From Alphaproteobacteria bacterium MarineAlpha5_Bin7 (GTDB taxonomy: Bacteria > Pseudomonadota > Alphaproteobacteria > HIMB59 > GCA-002718135): a DNA stretch of 64,000 nucleotides. Of the stretch, positions 39,050-49,204 are shown one piece after another. The stretch is from the NCBI GenBank assembly GCA_002938195.1, contig PTKX01000002.1, positions 248 to 64,247 on the forward strand, read 5' to 3'. A model generated the notes under the pieces. The model did no database searches. It saw nothing but the letters and a program-made list of their open reading frames with translations, and was not told the DNA's origin. A program made the translations under genes and the position numbers. Every line of letters begins with the position of its first letter. The first letter of the stretch is position 1.

Positions 39050-39577
39050 ATGCTCAAATTTTTTTTATTTATATTATTTTTATTTTCTAATCCAGTATTT
39101 GCCAAAGGTTATGATGTTTTTGGTTTCGGATTCTATGATGTAAAATTCGATGGCAGTGAGACCAATCCTGCTACTGATTTTAGATATGAAAGAAGATTTG
39201 ATACATCTTTGTTCGAAATAGGTCCAGAAAGTTATGATTTTTTTAATTTAAAACCTTTTGCAGGATTTGAATTAACATCTGATTCTGCAAGTTATTTTCT
39301 CGTTGGAGTATATTTAGAAGACAATGTTGGAAAATTATTTACAGGAGATACTTCTAATATAATTTTTACGCCAAGCATTGGCGTAGGTTATTATGATGAT
39401 GGAGATGGTAAAAAACTTGGCAATGATATAGAATTTAGAACTACTTTTGAACTCAGCTATGAGCTAAAAAACAATAACAGAATTGGCATTTCTTTCGGTC
39501 ATATTTCTAATGCAAATATAGGAGATAAAAATCCTGGTGTGGAAATTTTAAGCTTATCATACCAAGTTGCTTACTAA
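39050..39577 (+). CDS. PagL-like lipid A 3-O-deacylase / acyloxyacyl hydrolase family outer-membrane protein
   Basis: 175 aa. Signal peptide, beta-strand-like alternation, and a C-terminal FGHISNANIGDKNPGVEILSLSYQVAY with the H.SN...NPG catalytic region. Confidence 0.65.
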   Translation: MLKFFLFILFLFSNPVFAKGYDVFGFGFYDVKFDGSETNPATDFRYERRFDTSLFEIGPESYDFFNLKPFAGFELTSDSASYFLVGVYLEDNVGKLFTGDTSNIIFTPSIGVGYYDDGDGKKLGNDIEFRTTFELSYELKNNNRIGISFGHISNANIGDKNPGVEILSLSYQVAY

Positions 39578-40561
39578 CTTTTTGTTGTTAATTGAATCGT
39601 TAAAAAAATTTAAAAACAATTTTTCTAAAACGTTAATTTCATTTTTTTTTATGATCTCTTGAATTTCAGTTTTGAACTTTTTACTATTTGGCAAAGCAAA
39701 TAAAATACCAAGTAAAGGGCTTAACAAACGAAAAGTAGAATCAGTGCCTAATTTTTTCCTTATATAGTTAAAATATTCTAAAATTATTTTTTCTATAGAT
39801 AAATTACTATAAGACTTGTTGTAAAATAATTTGTCCACCTGCATTAGACTAAAAGGATTGTTTTGAATTAATCTTCCAATCATTACGCCATCATATTTAT
39901 TAAAAAGTGAATAGGCTTGATCTATATTTTCAATACCTCCATTCAAAATAAAATTAATGCTAGGATGCTCAATTTTTATTTTAGAAACAAAATCATAATC
40001 TAAAGGAGGTACTGTTCTATTATTTTTGGGACTTAATCCTTTCATAATTGCATTTCTTGCATGTATGTAAATATATCTTATACCAGTTTTGCTAACTTCA
40101 TTTATAAAATCAGAAAAAAATTCATAGTTGAGATTATTTCCAATACCAATTCTACACTTCATGGAAATTTCTATTTTTGATATTTGTTGCATACTTTCAA
40201 TACAATTTCTTACTAAAACTTTATCTAGCATTAAACATGCTCCAAAATTTCCTTTTTGAACAGATTTGCTTGGGCAACCTACGTTTAAATTTAATTCATC
40301 GTAATTATATGACTTGGCTATTGAAGCGCACATTTTTAAATCTTTCAGATCTGACCCACCCACCTGAAGAGCGACAGGATTATTATTATTATTGTCAATT
40401 ATTAAATCTTTTGTTTTCGAATGCAGCATAGTTTTAGAAGGTATCATTTCGCTAAAAAGAAAAGCATTTTTTGATAAAATTCTATACAGTTTTCTGGCAT
40501 GCGGTGTGGTATAACCCATCATCGGAGCAACGCAGAAATTTCTTAAATCATTTTTTTTCAT
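39557..40561 (-). CDS. dusA: tRNA-dihydrouridine synthase A
   Basis: 334 aa. FCVAPMMGYTTPHARKLYR, LNVGCPS and YIHARNA. Confidence 0.85.
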   Translation of the reverse strand: MKKNDLRNFCVAPMMGYTTPHARKLYRILSKNAFLFSEMIPSKTMLHSKTKDLIIDNNNNNPVALQVGGSDLKDLKMCASIAKSYNYDELNLNVGCPSKSVQKGNFGACLMLDKVLVRNCIESMQQISKIEISMKCRIGIGNNLNYEFFSDFINEVSKTGIRYIYIHARNAIMKGLSPKNNRTVPPLDYDFVSKIKIEHPSINFILNGGIENIDQAYSLFNKYDGVMIGRLIQNNPFSLMQVDKLFYNKSYSNLSIEKIILEYFNYIRKKLGTDSTFRLLSPLLGILFALPNSKKFKTEIQEIIKKNEINVLEKLFLNFFNDSINNKKLVSNLV

Positions 40562-40672
40562 TCTATATAATCCTGATTTTATATTAAAAATACCTCACTT
40601 CTATAATTTTTATTGACTCTAAATAGAAAATTTTTTTATTATAATATATAATATATACTGGGTTTTAATGTT

Positions 40673-41881
40673 TTGATTGATTTTTATTCTAATAAAAAAA
40701 ATACTGTACCAAGATTTTTCTATAGAAATTATCTAAAGTATATTCGTACAAATAACGTTTCTAACGAAGAAGCAATTAAAACTTTTTCAGACTTATTAAA
40801 TCTTGCTCAAAAATCTGATTTTTTAAAATTCACATGGAATTTACCAGAATATTTTAAAAAGCACTTAGATGAAGAAATTTTAGAAGGGTTAGAAAATCTT
40901 TTAAAAGAAAAAAGAGAAAAAAAATCAAAAAAACTCCTTAAACACGTCTTTCCTCATGTTGCAGATGAATTTTCTTTATCACATAGTTTTTTATCTTCAG
41001 CTTTCGATAAAATAAATTTTCCAACAATTAATGATTCTGAATCTTTTTTTTCAATAGGTAGCTGTTTTGCTAGAAATTTTACAGACTATTTAAAATCAAA
41101 AAAAATAAATGCATCAAACTTTCCTCTTGCTGAAGATCTTAATTCTCCAGGATCAAATGCAGTATTGTTAAAGTGTATTAACTTTAAAAATGAGAAAGAT
41201 TTGCAAAAATATCTAAAGAATATAATTAGTATGTTTTGGGATAAATCTTCACAAGAAGAAAAAAATAAAGTTTTACAATCAAATGTTAAAGAAATTTTAA
41301 ACTTAAAAGAAAAAATTCAAAATAGTAATAAAATAATAATAACCTTAGGTAATACAGTTGATTATTATTTTCGTAACAAGAATAAAGAAGAAATAGCTCC
41401 AAAATTTATTTCTCTTTCAATGTCTGAAGAAATTAATGAAAGAACCCTCTCTTACAAAAGAATGAAAAAAGCTGGATGTTATATCAGGATGTCTAATTTT
41501 AATGAGACTAAAAATTACATTTTAAATATTTATAATATAATTAGAAAGTTTTCTCCTAATATTGATATTTTATTTTCTGTTTCTCCTGTTCCCATAGATA
41601 GTGTTTTAGGAATAGAAGATAAATTAAAAATGAATGCAATAGAAATTGATTGCGTTAGTAAAAGTACAATTAGAGCTGCATTATATGAAGTTTTGTTATC
41701 CTCAAAAGCATTATTAGATAAAAAAGTTTTTTATTTACCATCTTATGAAATAGTAAGATGGATTGCTCCAGTTGCTTCAGTTCCAATATTTGGAGTCGAA
41801 GATGCCGCTTCTAGACACGTCTCAAATATAGTTTTAAATTCAGTATGTGATTTTATCTACAAGCAATCAAAAAAAAATTAA
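40673..41881 (+). CDS. GSCFA family protein
   Basis: 402 aa with a TTG start. Contains the eponymous FFSIGSCFARNF motif, and later ITLGNT and SPVP. Confidence 0.7.
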   Translation: MIDFYSNKKNTVPRFFYRNYLKYIRTNNVSNEEAIKTFSDLLNLAQKSDFLKFTWNLPEYFKKHLDEEILEGLENLLKEKREKKSKKLLKHVFPHVADEFSLSHSFLSSAFDKINFPTINDSESFFSIGSCFARNFTDYLKSKKINASNFPLAEDLNSPGSNAVLLKCINFKNEKDLQKYLKNIISMFWDKSSQEEKNKVLQSNVKEILNLKEKIQNSNKIIITLGNTVDYYFRNKNKEEIAPKFISLSMSEEINERTLSYKRMKKAGCYIRMSNFNETKNYILNIYNIIRKFSPNIDILFSVSPVPIDSVLGIEDKLKMNAIEIDCVSKSTIRAALYEVLLSSKALLDKKVFYLPSYEIVRWIAPVASVPIFGVEDAASRHVSNIVLNSVCDFIYKQSKKN

Positions 41882-41915
41882 ATATAAATTATAGAAAATA
41901 GTAAATATTAGAATA

Positions 41916-42575
41916 TTAAAGTATTTTGTGTTTTGCAAATACTTCTGTTAGGGTATTGCCCGCTCTCAATTCTTCTCTAACAGTATTTTCATTAGTGACT
42001 TTCTTAAGAGATTTTTCAACTACCTCTTCTAAAATTTTTGAAGGAACAATCAATACACCATCTTGATCACCAAAAACTAAATCCCCTTTTTCTACATTAA
42101 CTCCTGCAATTTTACCTGGAACATCTTGCATCATCATTTTTCCGCGATATTTTGTATCTACAGGATTAGTGCCATTGGAATAAACAGCAAATTTCATTTC
42201 TCTTATTAATACAGAATCTCTGACACAGCCATCAGTTAAACAACCAGCCGCGCCTAAATAGGAAGCTCTTGTAGACAATAATTCGCCCCAAGGTGCAATA
42301 TTTTTATTTCCATTACAGGCAAGCACAGCAACTTCATTAGTTTGTAAACTATCTATTAATGCTATTTCATGCTCGTAAACATTAGTATTTTCATCGTCGT
42401 GATAGATTGGCATGTAAAGTCCAACACGAGCAAAACCACAAAGTTTTATACTTGGGTCCAAAGCAGTTATTCCAGGCTGTAATGCTTGATTATGAAATCC
42501 TAAAGAGTCCATAGTATCTGCTATAACAGCGGAGTATAGCTTTTCTTTACATTTTTGAATTAAATTATTCTGCAT
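41916..42575 (-). CDS. RraA-like family protein (HMG/CHA aldolase / oxaloacetate decarboxylase type)
   Basis: 219 aa. LYSAVIADTMDSLG, WGELLSTRASYLGAAGCLTDGCVRD and GDLVFGDQDGVLIVP. Confidence 0.75.
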   Translation of the reverse strand: MQNNLIQKCKEKLYSAVIADTMDSLGFHNQALQPGITALDPSIKLCGFARVGLYMPIYHDDENTNVYEHEIALIDSLQTNEVAVLACNGNKNIAPWGELLSTRASYLGAAGCLTDGCVRDSVLIREMKFAVYSNGTNPVDTKYRGKMMMQDVPGKIAGVNVEKGDLVFGDQDGVLIVPSKILEEVVEKSLKKVTNENTVREELRAGNTLTEVFAKHKIL

Positions 42576-42638
42576 TTTTTTTTTGTTTTTGTACTATAAT
42601 AATATTAAAAAAAAAAGAAATTTATTTATGAGGCAATT

Positions 42639-44111
42639 TTGAAAAACATATTATTTGCTGGAATTTTTCATGAAACAAATTGTTTTTTACAAGAAAAAAC
42701 AAGAATGAAAGATTTTGATATTTTAAAAAAAAATGAAATTTTTGAGTTAAAAGGCGATTGTTCACAAGTTTCTGGTTTTATTGATTTTTCTTTATCTAAT
42801 AATTTAAATATCATTCCGATTGTTAATTATACTGCTACACCCTCTGGCATTGTTGAGGATGAAGTATTAGAATATTTTTGGCAAGAATTTGAGAGAGAAT
42901 CAAATGAAATCAAAAGTACGAAAATTGATGCAATTTTTTTATCTCTTCACGGAGCAATGATAACAGAATCAATCTTTGATGTTGAGGGAGAAATACTAAA
43001 GAGAATTAAAAAAAATGAATATTTAAAAAACGTACCTATATTTGGGGTATTTGATCTTCATGCAAATTTTACAAAATCCATGGCAAAAAATTCTAATGGA
43101 TTAATATGTTACCAAAAAAATCCACATACTGATGCTTATGATACAGGATTTAGGGCAGCAAAATTGATGTTTGAATCATTGAATCAAAAAAAAATACCAA
43201 AAACATATTTTGTAAATGCAAATATTATATGGCCTCCTTCCGGCACAGGCACATTAAATGATCCTATGAAAACCTTAGAAAAAATTGCAAGAAAATATGA
43301 GCAAGTTAATGATGATATATTAGCAATTAATGTAATAGGTGGTTTTTCATTTGCTGACGTGCCAGAAAGTGGCGTAGCATTCTCAATAATATCTAATAAT
43401 GAAAATAATAAAATATTAGAAGAATTAAAATTAACTGCAAATAAATTAAAAAATAAAGGTTTGGTTCAAGAAGATAATTTGGAAGAAGTGATAAGAAAAA
43501 TTTGTAAGAATAAATATAAAGAACCAATTCTTTTGGTTGAACCCGCAGATAATATTGGAGGAGGTTCTCAAGGTAATGGCACTGATATATTACGAACATT
43601 GGTTTCAAACAAATTAGAAAATTCTGGAGTAATTATTAATGATCCTGATTCTGTTCACGAATTACAAACAATAAATATTGGAGAATATAAAGATCTTCAG
43701 ATTGGTGGAAAAAATAATCCTTTTGATAAAGGGCCATTAAAATTAAATGTTAAACTTATCAATAAAACCAATGGTTCATTTGTTCTTGAAGATAAACAAA
43801 GTCATTTAGCTGCATCGAGAGGCCAATTAATTGAAATGGGCCCATGTGCTGTAGTTAATCATAATGGTATAACTATCTTATTAACATCAAAAAAAACCCC
43901 TCCTTTTGATTTGGGGCAGTGGCGTAGCCAAGGAATTAATCCAGAAACATTTTCTTTGATAGGAGTTAAAGCTGCAGTAGCTTACCGCCAAGCTTATGAT
44001 AAAATTTCAAATACTACATTTATAGTAGAAACAGCTGGACCTTGTTCAAATAATCCCAGAAAACTTCCATATAAAAATGTTCCACACTCTATTTTTCCTT
44101 TAAGAACCTAG
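42639..44111 (+). CDS. M81 family metallopeptidase (MlrC-like)
   Basis: 490 aa with a TTG start after GAGG. N-terminal ILFAGIFHETNCF (the HETN motif of the MlrC N-domain), LSLHGAM, and an MlrC_C-like C terminus. Confidence 0.7.
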   Translation: MKNILFAGIFHETNCFLQEKTRMKDFDILKKNEIFELKGDCSQVSGFIDFSLSNNLNIIPIVNYTATPSGIVEDEVLEYFWQEFERESNEIKSTKIDAIFLSLHGAMITESIFDVEGEILKRIKKNEYLKNVPIFGVFDLHANFTKSMAKNSNGLICYQKNPHTDAYDTGFRAAKLMFESLNQKKIPKTYFVNANIIWPPSGTGTLNDPMKTLEKIARKYEQVNDDILAINVIGGFSFADVPESGVAFSIISNNENNKILEELKLTANKLKNKGLVQEDNLEEVIRKICKNKYKEPILLVEPADNIGGGSQGNGTDILRTLVSNKLENSGVIINDPDSVHELQTINIGEYKDLQIGGKNNPFDKGPLKLNVKLINKTNGSFVLEDKQSHLAASRGQLIEMGPCAVVNHNGITILLTSKKTPPFDLGQWRSQGINPETFSLIGVKAAVAYRQAYDKISNTTFIVETAGPCSNNPRKLPYKNVPHSIFPLRT

Positions 44112-44205
44112 TTTTTTCAAAAGTTTTCTATCTCAATCTTCGTTGACTTTATAGATGAATTAAGATTTTATATGTAAAATAAAGCTTTTTTTTGGGGAGG
44201 ACAAA

Positions 44206-45501
44206 ATGTCAAAAAAAATAACTAGAAGAAAATTTATAAACAAAACTGGATCTGCTGCACTTGCCGGTGCATTGGTATCACAGTTTGGTTATAATTTTGC
44301 TTTAGCTGCAAACAAAGATCCTGTTAGTTTATTATTAGGATCACATATGGATTATCTTCAAGCTCTTGCACCAAAATATAGTGAACAGTTTGGAGTTACT
44401 CCTTCTATTGAAACAGTTACTACGCCAGATCTCTCAGTAAAACTGAATTCTGCATACATTGCTAGAAAAAGTGTTGGTGATGCAATATTTGTAACTGCTT
44501 CAGAGATTGCGGGTTTAGCTGATAAGGGATGGTTGCATGATTTAACTGACTTTGTTGACAGTAATCTTAGACCAAACGGAGTAATGGAAAATAGTCTTAC
44601 AGCTGCTACTTATAAAGGTAAGATTTATGCAGCTCCAATAACAATTGGATGTCCTGTACTTCATTGGAATAAAAATTTACTTAAGTCAGCAGGTTTGGAT
44701 ACTGAAGCTCCTGCAGACTGGCATAAAACAAAGAATTCATGGAATACAATGATTGAATATGCCAAAGAAATTAATGATCCTGACAATGATATTTACGGAA
44801 TAGTAGATGCATGGGCAGGCACACATAGTTTCTGGACATTTGGAGCATTATTACAAGCAAATGGAGGAAGTTTTCTAAATAGTAGTTTAGATCCAGTTAT
44901 GAATAGTGATGCAGGCATTGAAGCATTAAATATTATGATAGATTTATTGCACAAAGACAAGATTATAGATCCTGCAACTCCAACTTACACTTGGGTGTTT
45001 GATGCATTTCCATCATATAATGCTGGTAACAGAGGCTTCTTTTTATCTTGGCCTTTTATAAGTGGAATAGCAAATCACTCAGAAGATTCAGCAGTTCAAG
45101 GTATGAGTGGAATTGCTCCACTTCCTGCATTACAATCTTCTGCTTCAGTTGATGGTTCAGAATTTTTAGCAATACCAAAATATTCTGATAACCCTGAGGG
45201 AGGAAAGCAATTTATAGAATTTGCTTTATCACTGGAAAATCAAATTGTTCAAGGCTCTACTTCTCCTTGGGCTCCATCACTTGACCCAGCTTTAGGTCAT
45301 GCAGATGTTGTAAAAAATATTCCTTTTGCTGGAGTAATCAGAGACTCATATTTATATCCAGTAGATGGAGGTTTTTCAGCTGATAGAAATCAGTGGGTTG
45401 AAATTCTATCTAATGAAGTATCTCTTGCCATTAGTCAGAAGAAAAACGCAAAAGACGCTCTAAATGATGCTGTTAATCAAATTAATGCTAGCAGATCATA
45501 A
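44206..45501 (+). CDS. ABC transporter substrate-binding protein (family 1, CUT1 sugar-type) with Tat-type signal peptide
   Basis: 431 aa. MSKKITRRKFINKTGSAALAGALVSQFGYNFALA is a twin-arginine signal. The remainder resembles SBP_bac_1. GGGGAGGA SD. Confidence 0.75.
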   Translation: MSKKITRRKFINKTGSAALAGALVSQFGYNFALAANKDPVSLLLGSHMDYLQALAPKYSEQFGVTPSIETVTTPDLSVKLNSAYIARKSVGDAIFVTASEIAGLADKGWLHDLTDFVDSNLRPNGVMENSLTAATYKGKIYAAPITIGCPVLHWNKNLLKSAGLDTEAPADWHKTKNSWNTMIEYAKEINDPDNDIYGIVDAWAGTHSFWTFGALLQANGGSFLNSSLDPVMNSDAGIEALNIMIDLLHKDKIIDPATPTYTWVFDAFPSYNAGNRGFFLSWPFISGIANHSEDSAVQGMSGIAPLPALQSSASVDGSEFLAIPKYSDNPEGGKQFIEFALSLENQIVQGSTSPWAPSLDPALGHADVVKNIPFAGVIRDSYLYPVDGGFSADRNQWVEILSNEVSLAISQKKNAKDALNDAVNQINASRS

Positions 45502-45527
45502 AAAATAAAATATTACTTTAATGTTTT

Positions 45528-46325
45528 ATGAAAACTCATTTAGGTAATTATAGTTGGCAGGAAGTTCAAGAACTAATCAAAGATGATCCAGTTGTTGTTC
45601 TTCCTGTTGGCGCTTTTGAACAACATGGAAAACACCTTCCTGTCAAAGTTGATGAATTTTTAGTTGGTAGCGTAGCCGAAGAATCTGTCATAAAATCTCA
45701 TAAAAAAAATATCAATGCAGTTTTAACTCCAGTTGTATGGACAGGTTACTCTCCACATCATTTGGATTTTCCAGGCACAATAACTATTCAAGAAGAAACA
45801 TTAACTAATCTTATAATCGAAATTGTTGAAAGTTTAGTTCATAATAAACTTGAAAGAATACTCATATTAAACGGACATGGAGGAAATGCTAATATACTGA
45901 AAAATGTAGTACAAGTCTTAAGATATAAAAAAAACATATATACAGCTTTTGCTTCTTACTGGGATTTTGCTTTAAAAGAGATTGCTGAATGGAGAAAATC
46001 TGAAACAGGGGGAATAATGCATGCATGTGAAATGGAAACATCTTTAATGTTAAACAGAGATGAACAAACTGTACAAATGAATAAAGCGAAAGATCATTAT
46101 TTAAATAGATCAAAATATTTAGCTGCTGATTTATTATCTGGTGGTCCTATTTCTGTGGCAGCAAGTTTTAAAGAGTTATCAGAAAATGGATCTATAGGAG
46201 CTCCTACTTTAGCAACTAAAGAAAGAGGAGAAGATCTTTTTAACAAAATTACAGATTCAGTTTCAGATTTCTTAGTTGAATTTTCTAAATGGCCAAAACC
46301 ATTAACTGGAGAAAAAAATGAGTAA
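45528..46325 (+). CDS. creatininase-family amidohydrolase
   Basis: 265 aa. LPVGAFEQHGKHLPV, NGHGGN and HACEMETS. Confidence 0.75.
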   Translation: MKTHLGNYSWQEVQELIKDDPVVVLPVGAFEQHGKHLPVKVDEFLVGSVAEESVIKSHKKNINAVLTPVVWTGYSPHHLDFPGTITIQEETLTNLIIEIVESLVHNKLERILILNGHGGNANILKNVVQVLRYKKNIYTAFASYWDFALKEIAEWRKSETGGIMHACEMETSLMLNRDEQTVQMNKAKDHYLNRSKYLAADLLSGGPISVAASFKELSENGSIGAPTLATKERGEDLFNKITDSVSDFLVEFSKWPKPLTGEKNE

Positions 46326-47538
46326 CTCTCCACTCGGACTTTTTGCATATCCATGGGATATTATTGATGAAGGTGAAGATGCGGTAATAGATGCAGTAAA
46401 AAGAGCTGGTTTAAATACTCTATTTGTAACAGTAAATTATCATTCAGGAATGTTTTTTCTTCCTCACAATCCAAATAGAAAAATTTATTTTCCTGAACCT
46501 GGAGCATTATACTTTGAACCAAGTGCTTGGCATAAAAATCATTATTTTTCTTCTCCAGTAAGCAAACTAACCTCTAATTGGAATTCTTTTTGGTCATCTT
46601 TGGCAAATAAATGCCAGTCAAATAATATTACCTTAGGCGCATGGATGCTTGGATTACATAACTCTGGAATCGGAAATCAACATAAGGACCTTGCAACATA
46701 TAATGCTTGGAATGATCCTATTACTCATACCCTCTGCCCATTTAATGAAACTGTCTGCGATTATTTAAATAATGTTGCAAGAGATGTAACGAAATTAGGA
46801 GTTTTTAATAAAGTTCTTATTGAATCAATAGAATATCTTCCAGTAAGACATGGACATCATCATGAGGTCATAGGTGTTGATTTTCCATCTGATATTGATT
46901 TTTTATTATCCTTAAATTTTAGCAAACAATGTTTCGAACATCTAAACGATAAGGGCATTGATGGAAAATCTATAGCAAATTGGGTTAAGTCAGTTTGTAA
47001 TGATTTTTTTATTAGTGCTCAAAATCATAAAGAAATGAAATGGAATGATTTAGAAAAATGCATAGACGGTGAATTTAATGAATATTTAAAAGTAAGAGAA
47101 AATAGTATTACAAAATTAACTAAGAGCGTAATTAGTGAATTTCGACAGGATAAAAGCATCATGGTAGGATTAATAGATTTTGGACCTCTTTATCCTCTTG
47201 GACCTAATGGAAGAAAATGGCAAAACGGTGTGAATTTGGATTCAGTTTTATCTATAGTTGATGAAATACACCCCACTTACTATTTTGCAGATTTAGAAAT
47301 AAATAAAAGTAAACATTCAATTTATACTTCTATTATAGACAACCAAAAACCTATTATTCCTGCAGTTAGATCTATACTGCCTCAAACTCCAGATGCTAAA
47401 TCATTATTAGACCAATTAAATATGTTAGCATTGGAATCTAGTGGCTATAATTTTTATAATTATTCTTTTATGAATTTTGAAACACTAGACTGGATTAAAG
47501 AAGCAGTTAACTCATTTCCAGCAAGTAAGGTTTTATGA
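46318..47538 (+). CDS. hypothetical protein (possibly TIM-barrel / glycoside-hydrolase-like)
   Basis: 406-aa ORF overlapping both neighbours by 8 and 4 nt. No signal peptide, Trp/His-rich (HGHHHE). No family was recognised with confidence. Confidence 0.5.
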   Translation: MSNSPLGLFAYPWDIIDEGEDAVIDAVKRAGLNTLFVTVNYHSGMFFLPHNPNRKIYFPEPGALYFEPSAWHKNHYFSSPVSKLTSNWNSFWSSLANKCQSNNITLGAWMLGLHNSGIGNQHKDLATYNAWNDPITHTLCPFNETVCDYLNNVARDVTKLGVFNKVLIESIEYLPVRHGHHHEVIGVDFPSDIDFLLSLNFSKQCFEHLNDKGIDGKSIANWVKSVCNDFFISAQNHKEMKWNDLEKCIDGEFNEYLKVRENSITKLTKSVISEFRQDKSIMVGLIDFGPLYPLGPNGRKWQNGVNLDSVLSIVDEIHPTYYFADLEINKSKHSIYTSIIDNQKPIIPAVRSILPQTPDAKSLLDQLNMLALESSGYNFYNYSFMNFETLDWIKEAVNSFPASKVL

Positions 47539-48284
47539 AAACATCAGTTGAAGTAATTATTCATCCGGTCTGTTTACGTTTCAGTTATCATAATAATGAA
47601 ATTGTATATATGTTTGCATCTAATCCTGAACAACAACTCGACGAAATGGAAAAATTAATGGGTGTAGAAACTGATCAAGGACCTATTTTTGACAGCAATG
47701 TTGGATTTTTACCTGTTGCTTCAACTATACTGATTCGCGGAGAAAAAAATATTTTAGTTGATCCAGGCAACCATCATATTGGTTTTTATTCTATGTTAAA
47801 AAGGGCATTAAATTCTAAAAACTTAACCTATGAAGATATTGATATCATAGTTACTACTCACACCCATGCAGATCATGCGGCAGCTATTGTTCATTTTAGA
47901 GATAAACCATGGGTAATTGGTGAAGGGGAGTTCAAAGACTTTGAGGCAATTGAAGGAAAGGAGATTGTTGAGGCTAAGAAAAAAATGATGGGTGACATAA
48001 CTGAAATTAGAGGGGATGGAGAAACAGAGATTATGAAAGATGTTATTGCTCTTAAAACACCCGGCCATACTTCAGGGCATATTTCATTAATTGTTAATTC
48101 TGAAGATAAAAAAGTATTAATTGCTGGTGACCAAACAATGACTCGCTCTGAATATATTAACAGAACTTTTTCAAGATGGTATCCAAAACAAAATTTACTC
48201 GATTTAAATAAATCCCTTGATAAAGTACAAAAATATAAACCTGACTTAGTTATACCTGGACATGATAGACCTTTCTGTCCATGA
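47535..48284 (+). CDS. MBL-fold metallo-hydrolase
   Basis: 249 aa. VTTHTHADHAAA (HxHxDH), TPGHTSGH and PGHD. Confidence 0.8.
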   Translation: MKTSVEVIIHPVCLRFSYHNNEIVYMFASNPEQQLDEMEKLMGVETDQGPIFDSNVGFLPVASTILIRGEKNILVDPGNHHIGFYSMLKRALNSKNLTYEDIDIIVTTHTHADHAAAIVHFRDKPWVIGEGEFKDFEAIEGKEIVEAKKKMMGDITEIRGDGETEIMKDVIALKTPGHTSGHISLIVNSEDKKVLIAGDQTMTRSEYINRTFSRWYPKQNLLDLNKSLDKVQKYKPDLVIPGHDRPFCP

Positions 48285-49204
48285 TAAATTCGAAGTCTTT
48301 TTTTTATAAAAATAAAGAAAAAATATTAGCCTTTTTGATGGTGCTGCCATCATTATTTGTTATTTTTTTTACTTATCTTTATCCAGCTATATTTACATTT
48401 ATAATTAGTTTTGCTGAATTTGATTTAATTAGATTAAGTATCAAAAAATTTGTTGGTTTTAAAAATTTTAATTATCTTTTTTCTAGTTATTTTTTTCAAG
48501 GTTCTGTCATACGAACAATTTATTTTGGTCTTTTAATTTGTTTTTCAACAGCAATTATTTCATTTTTGATTTCACTACTTTTGAATGAAAATTTTTATGG
48601 GAAAACTTTTTTAAGAGTTGTTGTTGTTTTGCCTTGGGCAGTACCATCTGTCGTATCAGGAGTTCTTTGGGGACAAATGTTTCATGCGGATATAGGTTTT
48701 TTAAATGCTTTACTCTTTAAAATTGGTTTAATTCAAGAATACAAAATATGGCTTGCTGAACCGTTAACTGCTCTTCATGTAATTGCAATATCGGAAATAT
48801 GGAAAGCCACCCCGTTTATGACCCTTTTCTTTTTAGCTGGACTACAAAGTTTACCAACAGATACTTTTGAAGCTGCATCAGTTGATGGTGCAAACTTATT
48901 CCAAAGAACATACCATATTTTAATTCCTTTAATGTTACCGATAGCAATACCTCTTATGTTAGTCCAATTTGTATTGGCAATGAAAGCTTTTGATACAATT
49001 TTTGTTCTGACCAGAGGAGGTCCTGGCGGTGGAACAACAACTTTAAATTATTTTATTTATCAAGAAGCTTTTGAAACTTTCAATTTAGGCAGAGCTTCAG
49101 CGGCAGCTTATGTCTTATTAATCATAACATTTGCTGTAGTAGTTGTACCAATTCTAACTCGTTTTATTTTTAATCGTTATTGGGGAAATAATTATGAAAA
49201 ATAA
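48281..49204 (+). CDS. ABC transporter permease (MalF/UgpA-like)
   Basis: 307 aa, six hydrophobic segments, EAA loop EAASVDGANLFQRTYHILIPLMLP. Confidence 0.85.
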   Translation: MINSKSFFYKNKEKILAFLMVLPSLFVIFFTYLYPAIFTFIISFAEFDLIRLSIKKFVGFKNFNYLFSSYFFQGSVIRTIYFGLLICFSTAIISFLISLLLNENFYGKTFLRVVVVLPWAVPSVVSGVLWGQMFHADIGFLNALLFKIGLIQEYKIWLAEPLTALHVIAISEIWKATPFMTLFFLAGLQSLPTDTFEAASVDGANLFQRTYHILIPLMLPIAIPLMLVQFVLAMKAFDTIFVLTRGGPGGGTTTLNYFIYQEAFETFNLGRASAAAYVLLIITFAVVVVPILTRFIFNRYWGNNYEK

